DNA of 64,000 bases from an uncultured bacterium. GTDB taxonomy: Bacteria; SAR324; NAC60-12. The position numbers and the translations under genes were made by a program. The notes under the pieces are model-generated. The model searched no databases. It saw nothing but the letters and a program-made list of their open reading frames with translations, and was not told the origin of the DNA. The stretch lies in contig CBFIGY010000015.1 in assembly GCA_965662235.1 (NCBI GenBank), positions 3,641 to 67,640 on the forward strand, in the 5' to 3' direction. Shown here one piece after another: positions 54,456 through 63,112 of the stretch; position 1 is the first letter of the stretch; every line of letters begins with the position of its first letter.

Positions 54456-55607
54456 TCAGCTGTAAGGATCGGCGGCATCCCGGAGTCCGTCTCCGAGGAT
54501 GTTGAGGGCCAGCACGGTGATGATCACCGCCAGTCCCGGAAGCAGCAGCCACGGCGCCAGCGCAATGGACTGCAGGTTCTGAGCTTCCTGAAGCAGCACC
54601 CCCCAGCTGATGGCCGGAGGCCGGAGGCCCAGTCCGAGGAAGCTGAGGAAGGTCTCGTTGATGATCATGACCGGAATGGCGAGGGTGCTGGTGGCAATGA
54701 TGTGACTGGTGAAGGTGGGCAGCATGTGCCGGAAGATGATGCGCATCTGGCTGCATCCGGCGAGGTGAGCCGCCATGACAAAGTCCTCCTCCCGCATCGA
54801 AAGAAAACGTCCCCGCACCTCTCGCCCCAAGGTGGTCCACCCGAGCAGAGAGAGGATGAGGGTGATGGCAAAGTACGTCTGCTCCACCGTCCAGTCTCGA
54901 GGGAGCGCTGCAGTCAGTGCCATCCAGATGGGAATGGGAGGCAGGGACTGCAGGATCTCAATCAGTCGCTGGATCACGAGGTCGATCCAGCCGCCGTAGT
55001 AGCCCGAAATGCCTCCGAGGAGGATGCCCAGCACAATGCTGAGCAGCACCGAGACCAGTCCAATGGAAAGCGACACCCGGGTGCCATGCATCAAGCGAGA
55101 CCACTGATCCCGGCCCAGACGATCTGTTCCCAGCAGGTGAAAGGTCTGACGAGAGCTGAGGGATTCAACTCCAATCAGGTGCCGGTTGGTGGTGAACAGT
55201 CCCAGCACTTCATACTCGTACCCCTGCGCAAACAGCGTCAGTGGAATGATCTTCGATTCATCTGGAACCCACTCCATCTTCAAGGTGGTCCGGTTCCGTT
55301 TCCCCTTCAGCGGAACCGCGTGCAGCTGCAGCTTCCCGTCATGGAAGAGGTGGATGCCCTGCACCGGCATGAAGGACTTCCGGGCGCTGGTCTTGTTGGG
55401 GTCCTGCAGACTGAAGAAGTCTGGAACCAGCGCAATCAGGGCCACAACAATGAGGATCCAGCCACTGATGAGCGCCAGCTTGTGCTTCTTGAAACGCCAC
55501 CACACCAGCTTCCAATTGGGAGCCAGGTCAATGGCCTCTTCCGCCTGAAGCGGTTCTTCGGGACGAGACGCCGAGGGGGGAGGCGAAGGAGAGGACGACA
55601 CAGTCAT
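54456..55607 (-). CDS. Opp/Dpp-type ABC transporter permease (C-type)
   Basis: Six TM helices and the family loop MAAHLAGCSQMRIIFRHMLP. The ATG at 55607 avoids overlap with the sulfatase gene. Confidence 0.85.
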   Translation of the reverse strand: MTVSSSPSPPPSASRPEEPLQAEEAIDLAPNWKLVWWRFKKHKLALISGWILIVVALIALVPDFFSLQDPNKTSARKSFMPVQGIHLFHDGKLQLHAVPLKGKRNRTTLKMEWVPDESKIIPLTLFAQGYEYEVLGLFTTNRHLIGVESLSSRQTFHLLGTDRLGRDQWSRLMHGTRVSLSIGLVSVLLSIVLGILLGGISGYYGGWIDLVIQRLIEILQSLPPIPIWMALTAALPRDWTVEQTYFAITLILSLLGWTTLGREVRGRFLSMREEDFVMAAHLAGCSQMRIIFRHMLPTFTSHIIATSTLAIPVMIINETFLSFLGLGLRPPAISWGVLLQEAQNLQSIALAPWLLLPGLAVIITVLALNILGDGLRDAADPYS

Positions 55608-55629
55608 GAAGCAAGAAGAGTGAAAAAGT

Positions 55630-57120
55630 TCAAAGGGGCATCCCGGCTTGGTGCCAGCCATCGAGGGTGGCGCGACGGCGGCTCCAGGTGTCAGCGGGAT
55701 ACGGGCGGTCCCAGTTCCGCTGGTGTCCGGGGTGATCAGGAGTCAGGGTCATGTACGGGTACGACTTTTCCTGGTGCCCATCGGTCAGGCCCTGCATCAG
55801 GTGCCGGAAGAGCGCGGCGTCTAGGTCCTGCTGCAGCGGAGCCAGAGCTGGGTCGCCCCAGCGGTTGTGCTGCTCCTGGGGATCGGCTTCTAGGTCGTGC
55901 AGCGTCACCAGTCCATTTTTGTAACGCGAGAGCTTCCAGGAATCCTGCAGGAGCATCGTGCCAACTCCAGTGGCGCCGAGTAGGTGAGTCCGGGATGTTG
56001 CCGTGGCGTCCTGAGGAAGGGGAACCGAGTCCTGCGTGCTGGCAGAAACGCCGGCCTGCTCAAGGAAAGTGGCAAACAGGTCGGTCAGGGACACCAGTGC
56101 CTGAGAGCGTCCGGGCGTGTAGGCCGAGCCGCGGACCAGCAGAGGAATGCGCAGGGACGGTTCATAAAAGAGGGCCTTGCCCACGAGGTCAAAGTCTCCG
56201 AGAAAGTCTCCATGGTCGGAGGCAAAGACAATGAGGGTTTCTCGAGAATCGTCCCGTTGCTCCAACGCCTCCAGAAGGCGTCCCACCTGCTGGTCAATGA
56301 TCTCAATCAGGCCCAAGTAGTGCCGTCGGATGCGAGCCTTGGCTGCTTCAGGAAACTCCCGAAAGTCCGCCTGAGCAGAGCCGGTGAGGTGCGATTGAAC
56401 GAATCCGGGGCGGAACTGCTCGGAATCCGCGGTGCCGGGCACAGCTCTGGGGACGTCCCGGTCCTGAACCCGATCCAGCACTTCCTGAGGTGGATTGTAT
56501 GGGTCATGAGGACCGGCAAAAGCCACCCAGAGGAAAAACGGTTCCTCAGCCGGGGCTTGCTGAAGGAAATCCACGGCCCGGTCGCCAATCCAGACGTCCA
56601 CCTGGTGTTCCAGAGGAATGGGGCTGATGGACGCCATTCGTCCTTCGCGGTACTCCGGTTCTTCTGGGCCTGCGAGCTTGCGGAGTCCGTGAGTCGCAAG
56701 GTAGTCTGCGTAATCATCCTGAATGTGCAGGTGCCGCTTGTCCTCCGCGATCCAACGGTGCTGAAACCCCTCTGGGCGGTCCCAGGGAATAAAGTGCATC
56801 TTGCCAATGGCCTCTGTATGGTACCCCTGTTGCGCAAGCAGCGTCGCTAGGGTAGGAAGGCCACAGGCATCATGATCGGGCCGGAGCCAGTAGTTGTTGG
56901 TCAATACTCCGGTGGAGAGCGCGTTGTGTCCGGTCAGCAATGATGCCCGGGCAGGAATGCAGATCGGGGATGGCGAGTAGGCACGTTCAAAGACCAGACT
57001 CTGGGCTGCCAACCGATCCAGGTGTGGCGTTTGCGCAAAGGAGGCCCCGGCGTACCCCAGAAAGTCGGGACGCAGCTGATCGGGCATCAAGAAGAGGATG
57101 TTCGGAGGCGCCGACGTCAT
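55630..57120 (-). CDS. Cys-type sulfatase (arylsulfatase family), no signal peptide
   Basis: NILFLMPDQLRPD followed by SPSPICIPARASLLTGH, matching the C-x-P-x-R-x4-TG formylglycine motif. Its ATG overlaps the upstream permease stop (ATGA at 57117..57120). Confidence 0.88.
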   Translation of the reverse strand: MTSAPPNILFLMPDQLRPDFLGYAGASFAQTPHLDRLAAQSLVFERAYSPSPICIPARASLLTGHNALSTGVLTNNYWLRPDHDACGLPTLATLLAQQGYHTEAIGKMHFIPWDRPEGFQHRWIAEDKRHLHIQDDYADYLATHGLRKLAGPEEPEYREGRMASISPIPLEHQVDVWIGDRAVDFLQQAPAEEPFFLWVAFAGPHDPYNPPQEVLDRVQDRDVPRAVPGTADSEQFRPGFVQSHLTGSAQADFREFPEAAKARIRRHYLGLIEIIDQQVGRLLEALEQRDDSRETLIVFASDHGDFLGDFDLVGKALFYEPSLRIPLLVRGSAYTPGRSQALVSLTDLFATFLEQAGVSASTQDSVPLPQDATATSRTHLLGATGVGTMLLQDSWKLSRYKNGLVTLHDLEADPQEQHNRWGDPALAPLQQDLDAALFRHLMQGLTDGHQEKSYPYMTLTPDHPGHQRNWDRPYPADTWSRRRATLDGWHQAGMPL

Positions 57121-58106
57121 TCATCCTCCAGACGGATCCGGGGGTCCAGCCACGCCAGCAGGATGTCGGAGATCAGGGTTCCGACCACGGCCAGCATCAT
57201 GTAGAAGAGGATGATGGTGCCCGCAAGGAACATGTCCTGGCTGATGAGGGCCCGGAGCAGCATCGGCCCGATGGTGGGCAGGTTCATCACCGTAGCGACG
57301 ATCACGCTTCCGGAGAAGATCAAGGGCAGGTACCAGCCGATGGTGCTCACCAGCGGATTCAGAGCCAGCCGAACCGGATACTTGAGGACGAGGCTCCACT
57401 CCGACATGCCCTTGGCCCGGGCCATTTCCATGTAAGGCTTCTTCAGCTCGTCCAGCAGGTTGGCCCGCATGACCCGGGCGAGTCGGGCGGTGCCGTCGAG
57501 TCCGAGGATGACCACCGGGAGCCAAAGGTGCTTGAGGAGGTCAATGACCCGCTCTGTGCTCCAGGGGGCGTCGACGTACTCCGCGGAAAAGAGTCCGGTC
57601 ACACTGACGCCGTAGTACTTGAACGCGATCCACATCAGCACCAGCGCGGTCATGAAGGTGGGGGTTGCAACCCCGATGTAGTTAAAAATCGTAAAGAAGT
57701 AATCCAGCAACGAGTACTTGCGGGTGGCCGAAAGGATGCCAATGGGAATGGCAATGGCCCAGGTAAACAAGAAGGTCCCGAGCCCGAGCGCCAGGGTCAG
57801 CCCCATGCGTTCGCCAATCAGCTCGCTGATGGGACGTTGCCAGTCAAGGGAGACGCCGAGGTCTCCGGTCAGCATGCGACTCATCCAGCGGAAGTACTGC
57901 ATGTACATGGGCTGGTCGAGTCCGTAAAGGGCGCGTAGGGCGTCAATCTGAGCCCGTTCCATGGACGATCCGGACGCGGCCAGCTCAGCGATGTAGCTGG
58001 TCAGGAAGTCCCCCGGAGGCGCCTGGATGAGCGCGAAGGCGATGATGGAGAAGATGAGCAGCAGAAACGGCAGCAGCAGGAGCCGCTTGATGATGTAGTA
58101 CAGCAT
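57117..58106 (-). CDS. Opp/Dpp-type ABC transporter permease (B-type)
   Basis: Six TM helices and MARAKGMSEWSLVLKYPVRLAL, typical of DppB/OppB. Confidence 0.9.
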   Translation of the reverse strand: MLYYIIKRLLLLPFLLLIFSIIAFALIQAPPGDFLTSYIAELAASGSSMERAQIDALRALYGLDQPMYMQYFRWMSRMLTGDLGVSLDWQRPISELIGERMGLTLALGLGTFLFTWAIAIPIGILSATRKYSLLDYFFTIFNYIGVATPTFMTALVLMWIAFKYYGVSVTGLFSAEYVDAPWSTERVIDLLKHLWLPVVILGLDGTARLARVMRANLLDELKKPYMEMARAKGMSEWSLVLKYPVRLALNPLVSTIGWYLPLIFSGSVIVATVMNLPTIGPMLLRALISQDMFLAGTIILFYMMLAVVGTLISDILLAWLDPRIRLEDE

Positions 58107-58123
58107 TCCGGGAAGTGCCCGAT

Positions 58124-58153
58124 GAAGAAAACCGGAGCCCCGAAAGGCTCCGG
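58124..58153 (-). terminator. Intra-operon stem-loop / partial terminator after the binding-protein gene
   Basis: Minus strand reads CCGGAGCC-tttcgg-GGCTCCGG followed by TTTTCTTC, between the SBP stop (58195) and the permease start (58106). Confidence 0.5.
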
Positions 58154-58194
58154 AAGAGGAGGCCCCTTCTGCTCATGAAGAGGCCTGAACGGTG

Positions 58195-60108
58195 TTACTT
58201 GGTGAAGAAGTACTGCTCCAGTCGCGTGTCTCCCGGCGTCCGCAGCGGCCAGTCGTTTCCGGCAACTTCCGGAACGTTCCGGAGGTTGTCGTTGGCGACC
58301 AGCACCCCTTGGATCATCGGGGTCATGCCGACGGTGCCGATTTCCCAAACGTTGTCCGCCCAGATGCGGAACAGCTCCTGAGCCAGAGCGACCTGTCGGT
58401 TGCGCCCCGAGGTCTTGGCTTCATCAATGATGTCCACCAAGCGCTTGATCTCAGCAGGCGGTGCCTGTCCTTCCTTGCCACCGGACGCGTACCACTTGGC
58501 AACAAGCGGGGCAAAGGTCAGGGCAGGGTCGCTGCGGGGGTCAAACTTCGGCTGTCCGCTGAAGGGGAATCCGGTGGTGTCCTCGTTCCAGATTTCCGCC
58601 ATCAGCTCGTTGGCCGGACGCATGGCAAAGTGCTGAGCACGCTCCCGAACCTCAACGTGGGCCTTGACGCCCACCTCTGCCCAGTTTTCCACAATCAGCT
58701 GCGCAATGTCGGTCCAGGCGCCAAACTGCGGCACCACGCTGATTTCAATGTCCAGTGTCTGACCATTGGGCAGCGTGCGGAAGCCCTGAGCATCCTTGTT
58801 GGGCAGAATGGAGTCGAGGATCTGGTTCGACTGGTTGGGGTTCAACTCCGTGTAGCGGAACGCGTACTCATCCCCCGGATAGTAAGGATGGAACGGAGCC
58901 GGAACTCCTTGGCGTGACTCGCCCAGGCCAAAGAAGGCGAGTTCCTTGATGGCCTCACGGTCGATGGCGTGTGAGAGGGCGATCCGGAACTGCTTGTTGC
59001 GGAAAAGCTCTCCCTCGGGTCCCTGCCAGGTCTGGTTAAACATCACCACGGCGTCTGAGCCTCCGAACGTCGGCCAGGTGACCACTCGGTAGTTCGCGTT
59101 CCCTTCGTTCTCCTTGAGCACCGGGTAGCTGCTCATGTTGATGTGACGTCCCTGGAAGTCGATCTCTCCAGCCACAGCGGCCAGGTTGAGGGCTTCCTTG
59201 TCCGCGTAGAAGGTGAAGCGGATCTCATCGATGTACGGCAGCTGGTTGCCTTCCGGATCCACGCCAACGAAGTAGGGGTTGCGCTTGATGGTGAACACCT
59301 TGTCCGAGACGGTGGTGCCATCTGGAACCCAGGCAGCCATTCCCGGGCGGTTGCCGCTCAGGTGAGGCAGGGCTTCCACGGCAAACAGTTGCGTCCAGGT
59401 ATCAAACCCGGCGGCCTGCACCTTCTGGTTCAGGTCAGCCTGAGAGGCATACTTGGGGTGGAACTGCTTGAGGTAGTGCTCTGGCACAAACACGAGGTTG
59501 CTGATCGACTTGTCTGCACCGTCTAGGTTGGCCATGTTCAGCAGGAACGCTGTGTTCGGCTGCTTGAAGGTCCACTTGACAAGGTAGTCGGTGAGCTTCT
59601 CAACGGTGGCAGTGGAGCCGTCGTCGTTCTTCATCCAGCCAACGCCTCCGGGCATCAGCTCGTCATTCAGCAGAATGTCGTTGTACCAGAAGAGGATGTC
59701 ATCGGCGGTGAAGGGCTGACCGTCTGACCACTTTGCTCCGGGACGCAGGCGAATGATCCACTCGGTGAAGTCCGCATTGGACTCCCAGCCGGCGGCAATG
59801 TGCGGCACAATCTGGCTGCCGTCCGGGGCATAACGGACCAGAGCGTCGTAGACGGCCCGGGTGTAGTTGTTGTGGTCTCCAGGGCCTAGGAAGGCGCGAC
59901 GGAGGGTGCCTCCGTATTCCCCAATCTGATCAACGACGGGAAGCATGAGGGGAATTTCAGGAAGGCGCTCATTCAGCGGAGGCAGGTCGCCGGCCTTGAC
60001 ACGGGCAGCGAGCTCGGGAGCCTCCCCGGCTGAGGCGCTTCCGGCTCCCAGAAGAGCCGCCAGGCCCAAGGCCCCTAGCGATTTCAGGAGAGGAGAAGTC
60101 AGTTTCAT
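58195..60108 (-). CDS. Family-5 (peptide/oligosaccharide) ABC substrate-binding protein, 637 aa
   Basis: Signal peptide ...LLGAGSASA. Large cluster-C SBP fold with the motif ...RLRPGAKWSDGQPFTADDILFWY.... Confidence 0.9.
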   Translation of the reverse strand: MKLTSPLLKSLGALGLAALLGAGSASAGEAPELAARVKAGDLPPLNERLPEIPLMLPVVDQIGEYGGTLRRAFLGPGDHNNYTRAVYDALVRYAPDGSQIVPHIAAGWESNADFTEWIIRLRPGAKWSDGQPFTADDILFWYNDILLNDELMPGGVGWMKNDDGSTATVEKLTDYLVKWTFKQPNTAFLLNMANLDGADKSISNLVFVPEHYLKQFHPKYASQADLNQKVQAAGFDTWTQLFAVEALPHLSGNRPGMAAWVPDGTTVSDKVFTIKRNPYFVGVDPEGNQLPYIDEIRFTFYADKEALNLAAVAGEIDFQGRHINMSSYPVLKENEGNANYRVVTWPTFGGSDAVVMFNQTWQGPEGELFRNKQFRIALSHAIDREAIKELAFFGLGESRQGVPAPFHPYYPGDEYAFRYTELNPNQSNQILDSILPNKDAQGFRTLPNGQTLDIEISVVPQFGAWTDIAQLIVENWAEVGVKAHVEVRERAQHFAMRPANELMAEIWNEDTTGFPFSGQPKFDPRSDPALTFAPLVAKWYASGGKEGQAPPAEIKRLVDIIDEAKTSGRNRQVALAQELFRIWADNVWEIGTVGMTPMIQGVLVANDNLRNVPEVAGNDWPLRTPGDTRLEQYFFTK

Positions 60109-60155
60109 GTGTTGTCCTTGTTAGGGCTAGAACCAGTTCCAGCGTTGTTGAAACC

Positions 60156-60174
60156 ACGGTTGTCGCACAACCGT
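60156..60174. promoter_or_regulatory. Palindrome ACGGTTGT-cgc-ACAACCGT with a FadR/GntR-type core TTGT-N3-ACAA (candidate operator)
   Basis: Perfect 8-bp arms read directly from the sequence, located between the NagB-like gene and the SBP gene. It fits the t.GT-N3-AC.a consensus for FadR-subfamily GntR regulators. Confidence 0.35.
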
Positions 60175-60234
60175 CACCACGATTGGAGCCATGCTCCCAG
60201 GTCAGGTCATAGGCATCGTTTTCAGGGTTAGGGT

Positions 60235-61011
60235 TCAGAGAGAAAGTTGCGACGCAGAGTCCGGATCCAGGTAGAGCCGGGCGTGCGAGATGGTCCGGAG
60301 GATGGAGCCCGGATGGGCTTCCGTCACCGGAAGCGTCAGGCAGGCCTTCACGGCCTCAGCCTTGCGGGCTTCCGGGACAATGCAGAGGACGTGCTGAGGA
60401 GCCAGAAGCGCCGGAATGGTCAGGGTGATGGCGTGAGTGGGCACCTCTTCCAGCGAGCTGAAGTGCCCCTCGCCGACCTGCTGCCGGCGGCTGCTTTCGG
60501 CTAGGGCCACAACCTTGACCCAGCTGGGGTCGTCAAACCGAGCGTCCGGGGGATCATTGAAGGCGATGTGGCCATTTTCCCCAAAGCCCATGGCAACGAG
60601 GTCCACAGGGTACTGCCGCAGGAGGGCTTCGTAGTCCTGACACGCCTGCTCCGCCTGTTCCGGATCCCCCGGGACCGGGTGAAAGTTCCCGGGCTGGACG
60701 TGCCGAATGATGTGTTCCTCAAGAAAAAGCGGGAAGCTGGCGGAGTGCCCATAGGGCAGACCCAGGTACTCATCCATGTGAAAGACCCGGATGCGGGACC
60801 AATCGAGCCCGTCCTGATCCCTCAGCGCATGCAGAAAGGTCAGCTGCGAGTTTCCGGTGGCAAGGATGACGTTGGCGGCTCCTCGGGCGTCTAGGGCGTC
60901 ACGGAGGATGCGGAACGCGTCCTGAGCTGCGGCAGCACCCATGGCCGCATTGTCCGCATGCACCTCCACCGGCAGGTGATCAACTTGAAAGGTTTGGACG
61001 GGAACAGGCAT
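60235..61011 (-). CDS. Glucosamine-6-phosphate deaminase/isomerase (NagB)-family protein
   Basis: ILATGNSQLTFLHAL and FHMDEYLG motifs. 258 aa. Confidence 0.8.
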   Translation of the reverse strand: MPVPVQTFQVDHLPVEVHADNAAMGAAAAQDAFRILRDALDARGAANVILATGNSQLTFLHALRDQDGLDWSRIRVFHMDEYLGLPYGHSASFPLFLEEHIIRHVQPGNFHPVPGDPEQAEQACQDYEALLRQYPVDLVAMGFGENGHIAFNDPPDARFDDPSWVKVVALAESSRRQQVGEGHFSSLEEVPTHAITLTIPALLAPQHVLCIVPEARKAEAVKACLTLPVTEAHPGSILRTISHARLYLDPDSASQLSL

Positions 61012-61018
61012 GTTGACG

Positions 61019-62206
61019 TTACTCCGAAAGGGATTCGAGCAGGCGGATCGAGTAGATCAGCGCGCGAGGAAGGTGAAAGGGGTCTTTGACCGGCAGGGTC
61101 TTCAGGTACGGCTCCCGGGGCACCCCGGTCCGGTCTAGGTTGTGAAACCAGTCTCCGTGCGGGTTGGGAAAGTGGGCAAAGGCGTAGTCGTGGACCTTCC
61201 AGTACCACTCCAAGGCCCACTCCTCGCGAGTGACGTGATAGGCCAGCAGCAGCGCCTGCAGACTTTCGGTGTGCGGCCACCAGATCTTCGCCTGCGGTTC
61301 ATGCCAGGCGGGAGGGCCTCCATTCGGGTGACAGGCGAGGAAGAGTCCGCCGTACTCAGAGTCCCAGCCCTTTTCCAGGTGCCAACGGATTGCCTCCATT
61401 GCCAGCTGCTGTCGGTCGCGGTTGCCGTGGTAGCGGTAGATGCGTTCCATGAACCACATGCTCTCAACGGCGTGTCCCGGAATGAACGTCTGGCCGATGT
61501 CGCTGGAATCAAGCGCTCCTCCGGGACGGACGAACTCGTGCAGCAGCTCCTCTTCTGGACGCAGGTGCTGGGTCATGACGCGTTCCGCCAGTTCCAGAGC
61601 GCGGGCCAGCACCTCTTCGTTTCCAGAGACCACCCCGAGCTCATGGAAGACGAGGGCGAACATCATCAACGGTCCATGTGACTGAAAGCCTTCCGGAATT
61701 GGGTGAGGCTGCGTGGGGAAGGAGCCGTGGTCGTCCAGCAGGGGGCTGGCGTGCTGAAACGCTTCCAGCGCCGTCTGCAGGGCACCGGAATCGCCTGTGG
61801 CCTGAGCGTATGCTGTGAGCCCGTAGATGCAGAATCCGTCGACGTAGAGGCTCTGTGGCGCAAGGGCCGGGGTCCCGTCAGCGTGCAGGCTGAAGTACCA
61901 ATCGCCGTTTGCGTCACGTCCGTATTGCTGAAGGAAGCGGGCAATCGGATGGGCGAGTTCCAACCATTTGGGGTCGCCATCGTGTTCTGTGAAGAGGGTG
62001 CTGAAGACCCACAGCGCCCGCCCTTGAGACCAGAGGAACTTGTCGGTGGAGACCAGGGTGCCGTCGTCCCGGACGCAGTTGTTCAGGCCTCCGTGCTCCG
62101 GGTCGATGCAACGGAGCCAGAAGGGCAGCACCTGTTGGTGCAGGTGCTCGTGGTAGAAGTCTCGCAGCTCGGAAAAGTTCATCCGGGTCATGGGCAACGG
62201 ACTCAT
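61019..62206 (-). CDS. AGE-family (N-acylglucosamine 2-epimerase-like) epimerase/isomerase
   Basis: 395 aa (alpha/alpha)6-barrel type sequence: FWLRCIDPEHGG, KFLWSQGRALWVFS, WWPHTESLQALLLAY. Its ATG overlaps the PhyH stop (ATGA). Confidence 0.82.
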   Translation of the reverse strand: MSPLPMTRMNFSELRDFYHEHLHQQVLPFWLRCIDPEHGGLNNCVRDDGTLVSTDKFLWSQGRALWVFSTLFTEHDGDPKWLELAHPIARFLQQYGRDANGDWYFSLHADGTPALAPQSLYVDGFCIYGLTAYAQATGDSGALQTALEAFQHASPLLDDHGSFPTQPHPIPEGFQSHGPLMMFALVFHELGVVSGNEEVLARALELAERVMTQHLRPEEELLHEFVRPGGALDSSDIGQTFIPGHAVESMWFMERIYRYHGNRDRQQLAMEAIRWHLEKGWDSEYGGLFLACHPNGGPPAWHEPQAKIWWPHTESLQALLLAYHVTREEWALEWYWKVHDYAFAHFPNPHGDWFHNLDRTGVPREPYLKTLPVKDPFHLPRALIYSIRLLESLSE

Positions 62207-63105
62207 GAGGCTTCAGAGGCGAGGGAGGGGAGTCTGGGGGGAATGCTCCGGTCCTCCTGCTCGCCCATCCAGCCTACGTCACCACTGTCCTGAAAGCGCC
62301 GGGCGCCGACTTCCAGGATCGCAGCATCCGGAACCGGATGCAGGGGAGTGTAGCGGGGATGCCGTGATTCCTTGTAAGGATTGTTCCGGGCGGCGTTGTA
62401 GCAGCAGATCATCGCCCAGCGTGGATGCTCCGAGCGGTTCTGGTCAGAACGGTGGAGGAGGTTGCAGTGAAAGAACAACGTGTCCCCCGGATGCAGCTCG
62501 GCATAGACGCGTTCAAACTGCTGGAGCGCAACCTCAACGCGTTCCAGATCTGCGCCCGCCTGTTCTCCCGTCAGCCCGTGATCCAAGCGCCCAAGGTGAT
62601 GGGTGCCCCGAAGCACCTGCAGGCAGCCGTTGGCCTGAGTGGCAGGGTCCACGGCGATCAAGGCGCTGGCCATGAGGGGCTGCAGGCAGCCGTAGTGGTA
62701 CCAGTATCCGTAATCCTGATGCCACTCCCAGGCGCCTCCGACCTTGGGATCCTTGAGGATCATTTTGGAGTGGTAGTGGTAGACCTCGCCTTCCAGCAGT
62801 TCTGTCATCCGCCCCACGAGTCGCTCACTCCGGGCAAACATCCCATAGACGCCCTCACCCGGATGGTTCCAGAGCGACAGCCGGACGGTCCCGCCTTCGG
62901 CATCCTGGCGTCCCTGACTGTGCGCCTCCAGAGCCTGGTCGGTTCGAGCCGTCTGACCAAGCAGCGCGATTTCTTCTGGACTGAAGAGCTGGCGTGCGAT
63001 CAGGAAGCCGTCACGCCGGAAAGCCTCACGCTCCGAGTCCGTCCACAGGGACGGAACGGGCGGCTGGGACAGGGGTGCGGGATCGGGGGACATGGGGGGC
63101 TCCAT
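62203..63105 (-). CDS. Phytanoyl-CoA dioxygenase (PhyH)-family Fe(II)/2-oxoglutarate oxygenase
   Basis: WEWHQDYGYW (HxD) and FFHCNLLHRSDQN (distal His). Started at the ATG at 63105; the track ORF to 63672 overlaps the GntR gene out of frame. Confidence 0.8.
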   Translation of the reverse strand: MEPPMSPDPAPLSQPPVPSLWTDSEREAFRRDGFLIARQLFSPEEIALLGQTARTDQALEAHSQGRQDAEGGTVRLSLWNHPGEGVYGMFARSERLVGRMTELLEGEVYHYHSKMILKDPKVGGAWEWHQDYGYWYHYGCLQPLMASALIAVDPATQANGCLQVLRGTHHLGRLDHGLTGEQAGADLERVEVALQQFERVYAELHPGDTLFFHCNLLHRSDQNRSEHPRWAMICCYNAARNNPYKESRHPRYTPLHPVPDAAILEVGARRFQDSGDVGWMGEQEDRSIPPRLPSLASEAS

Positions 63106-63112
63106 GTTGGGT

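Noticed and set aside
53431-54840. 469-aa version of the D-type ATPase ORF
   Set aside because: The first 130 or so codons overlap the permease gene and read as Gly/His/Pro/Arg-rich noise. A proper start ([12 protein letters not shown]) is at 54447.
54702-56234. 510-aa plus-strand ORF
   Set aside because: It spans the antisense of the permease and sulfatase genes, both of which have unambiguous family motifs on the minus strand.
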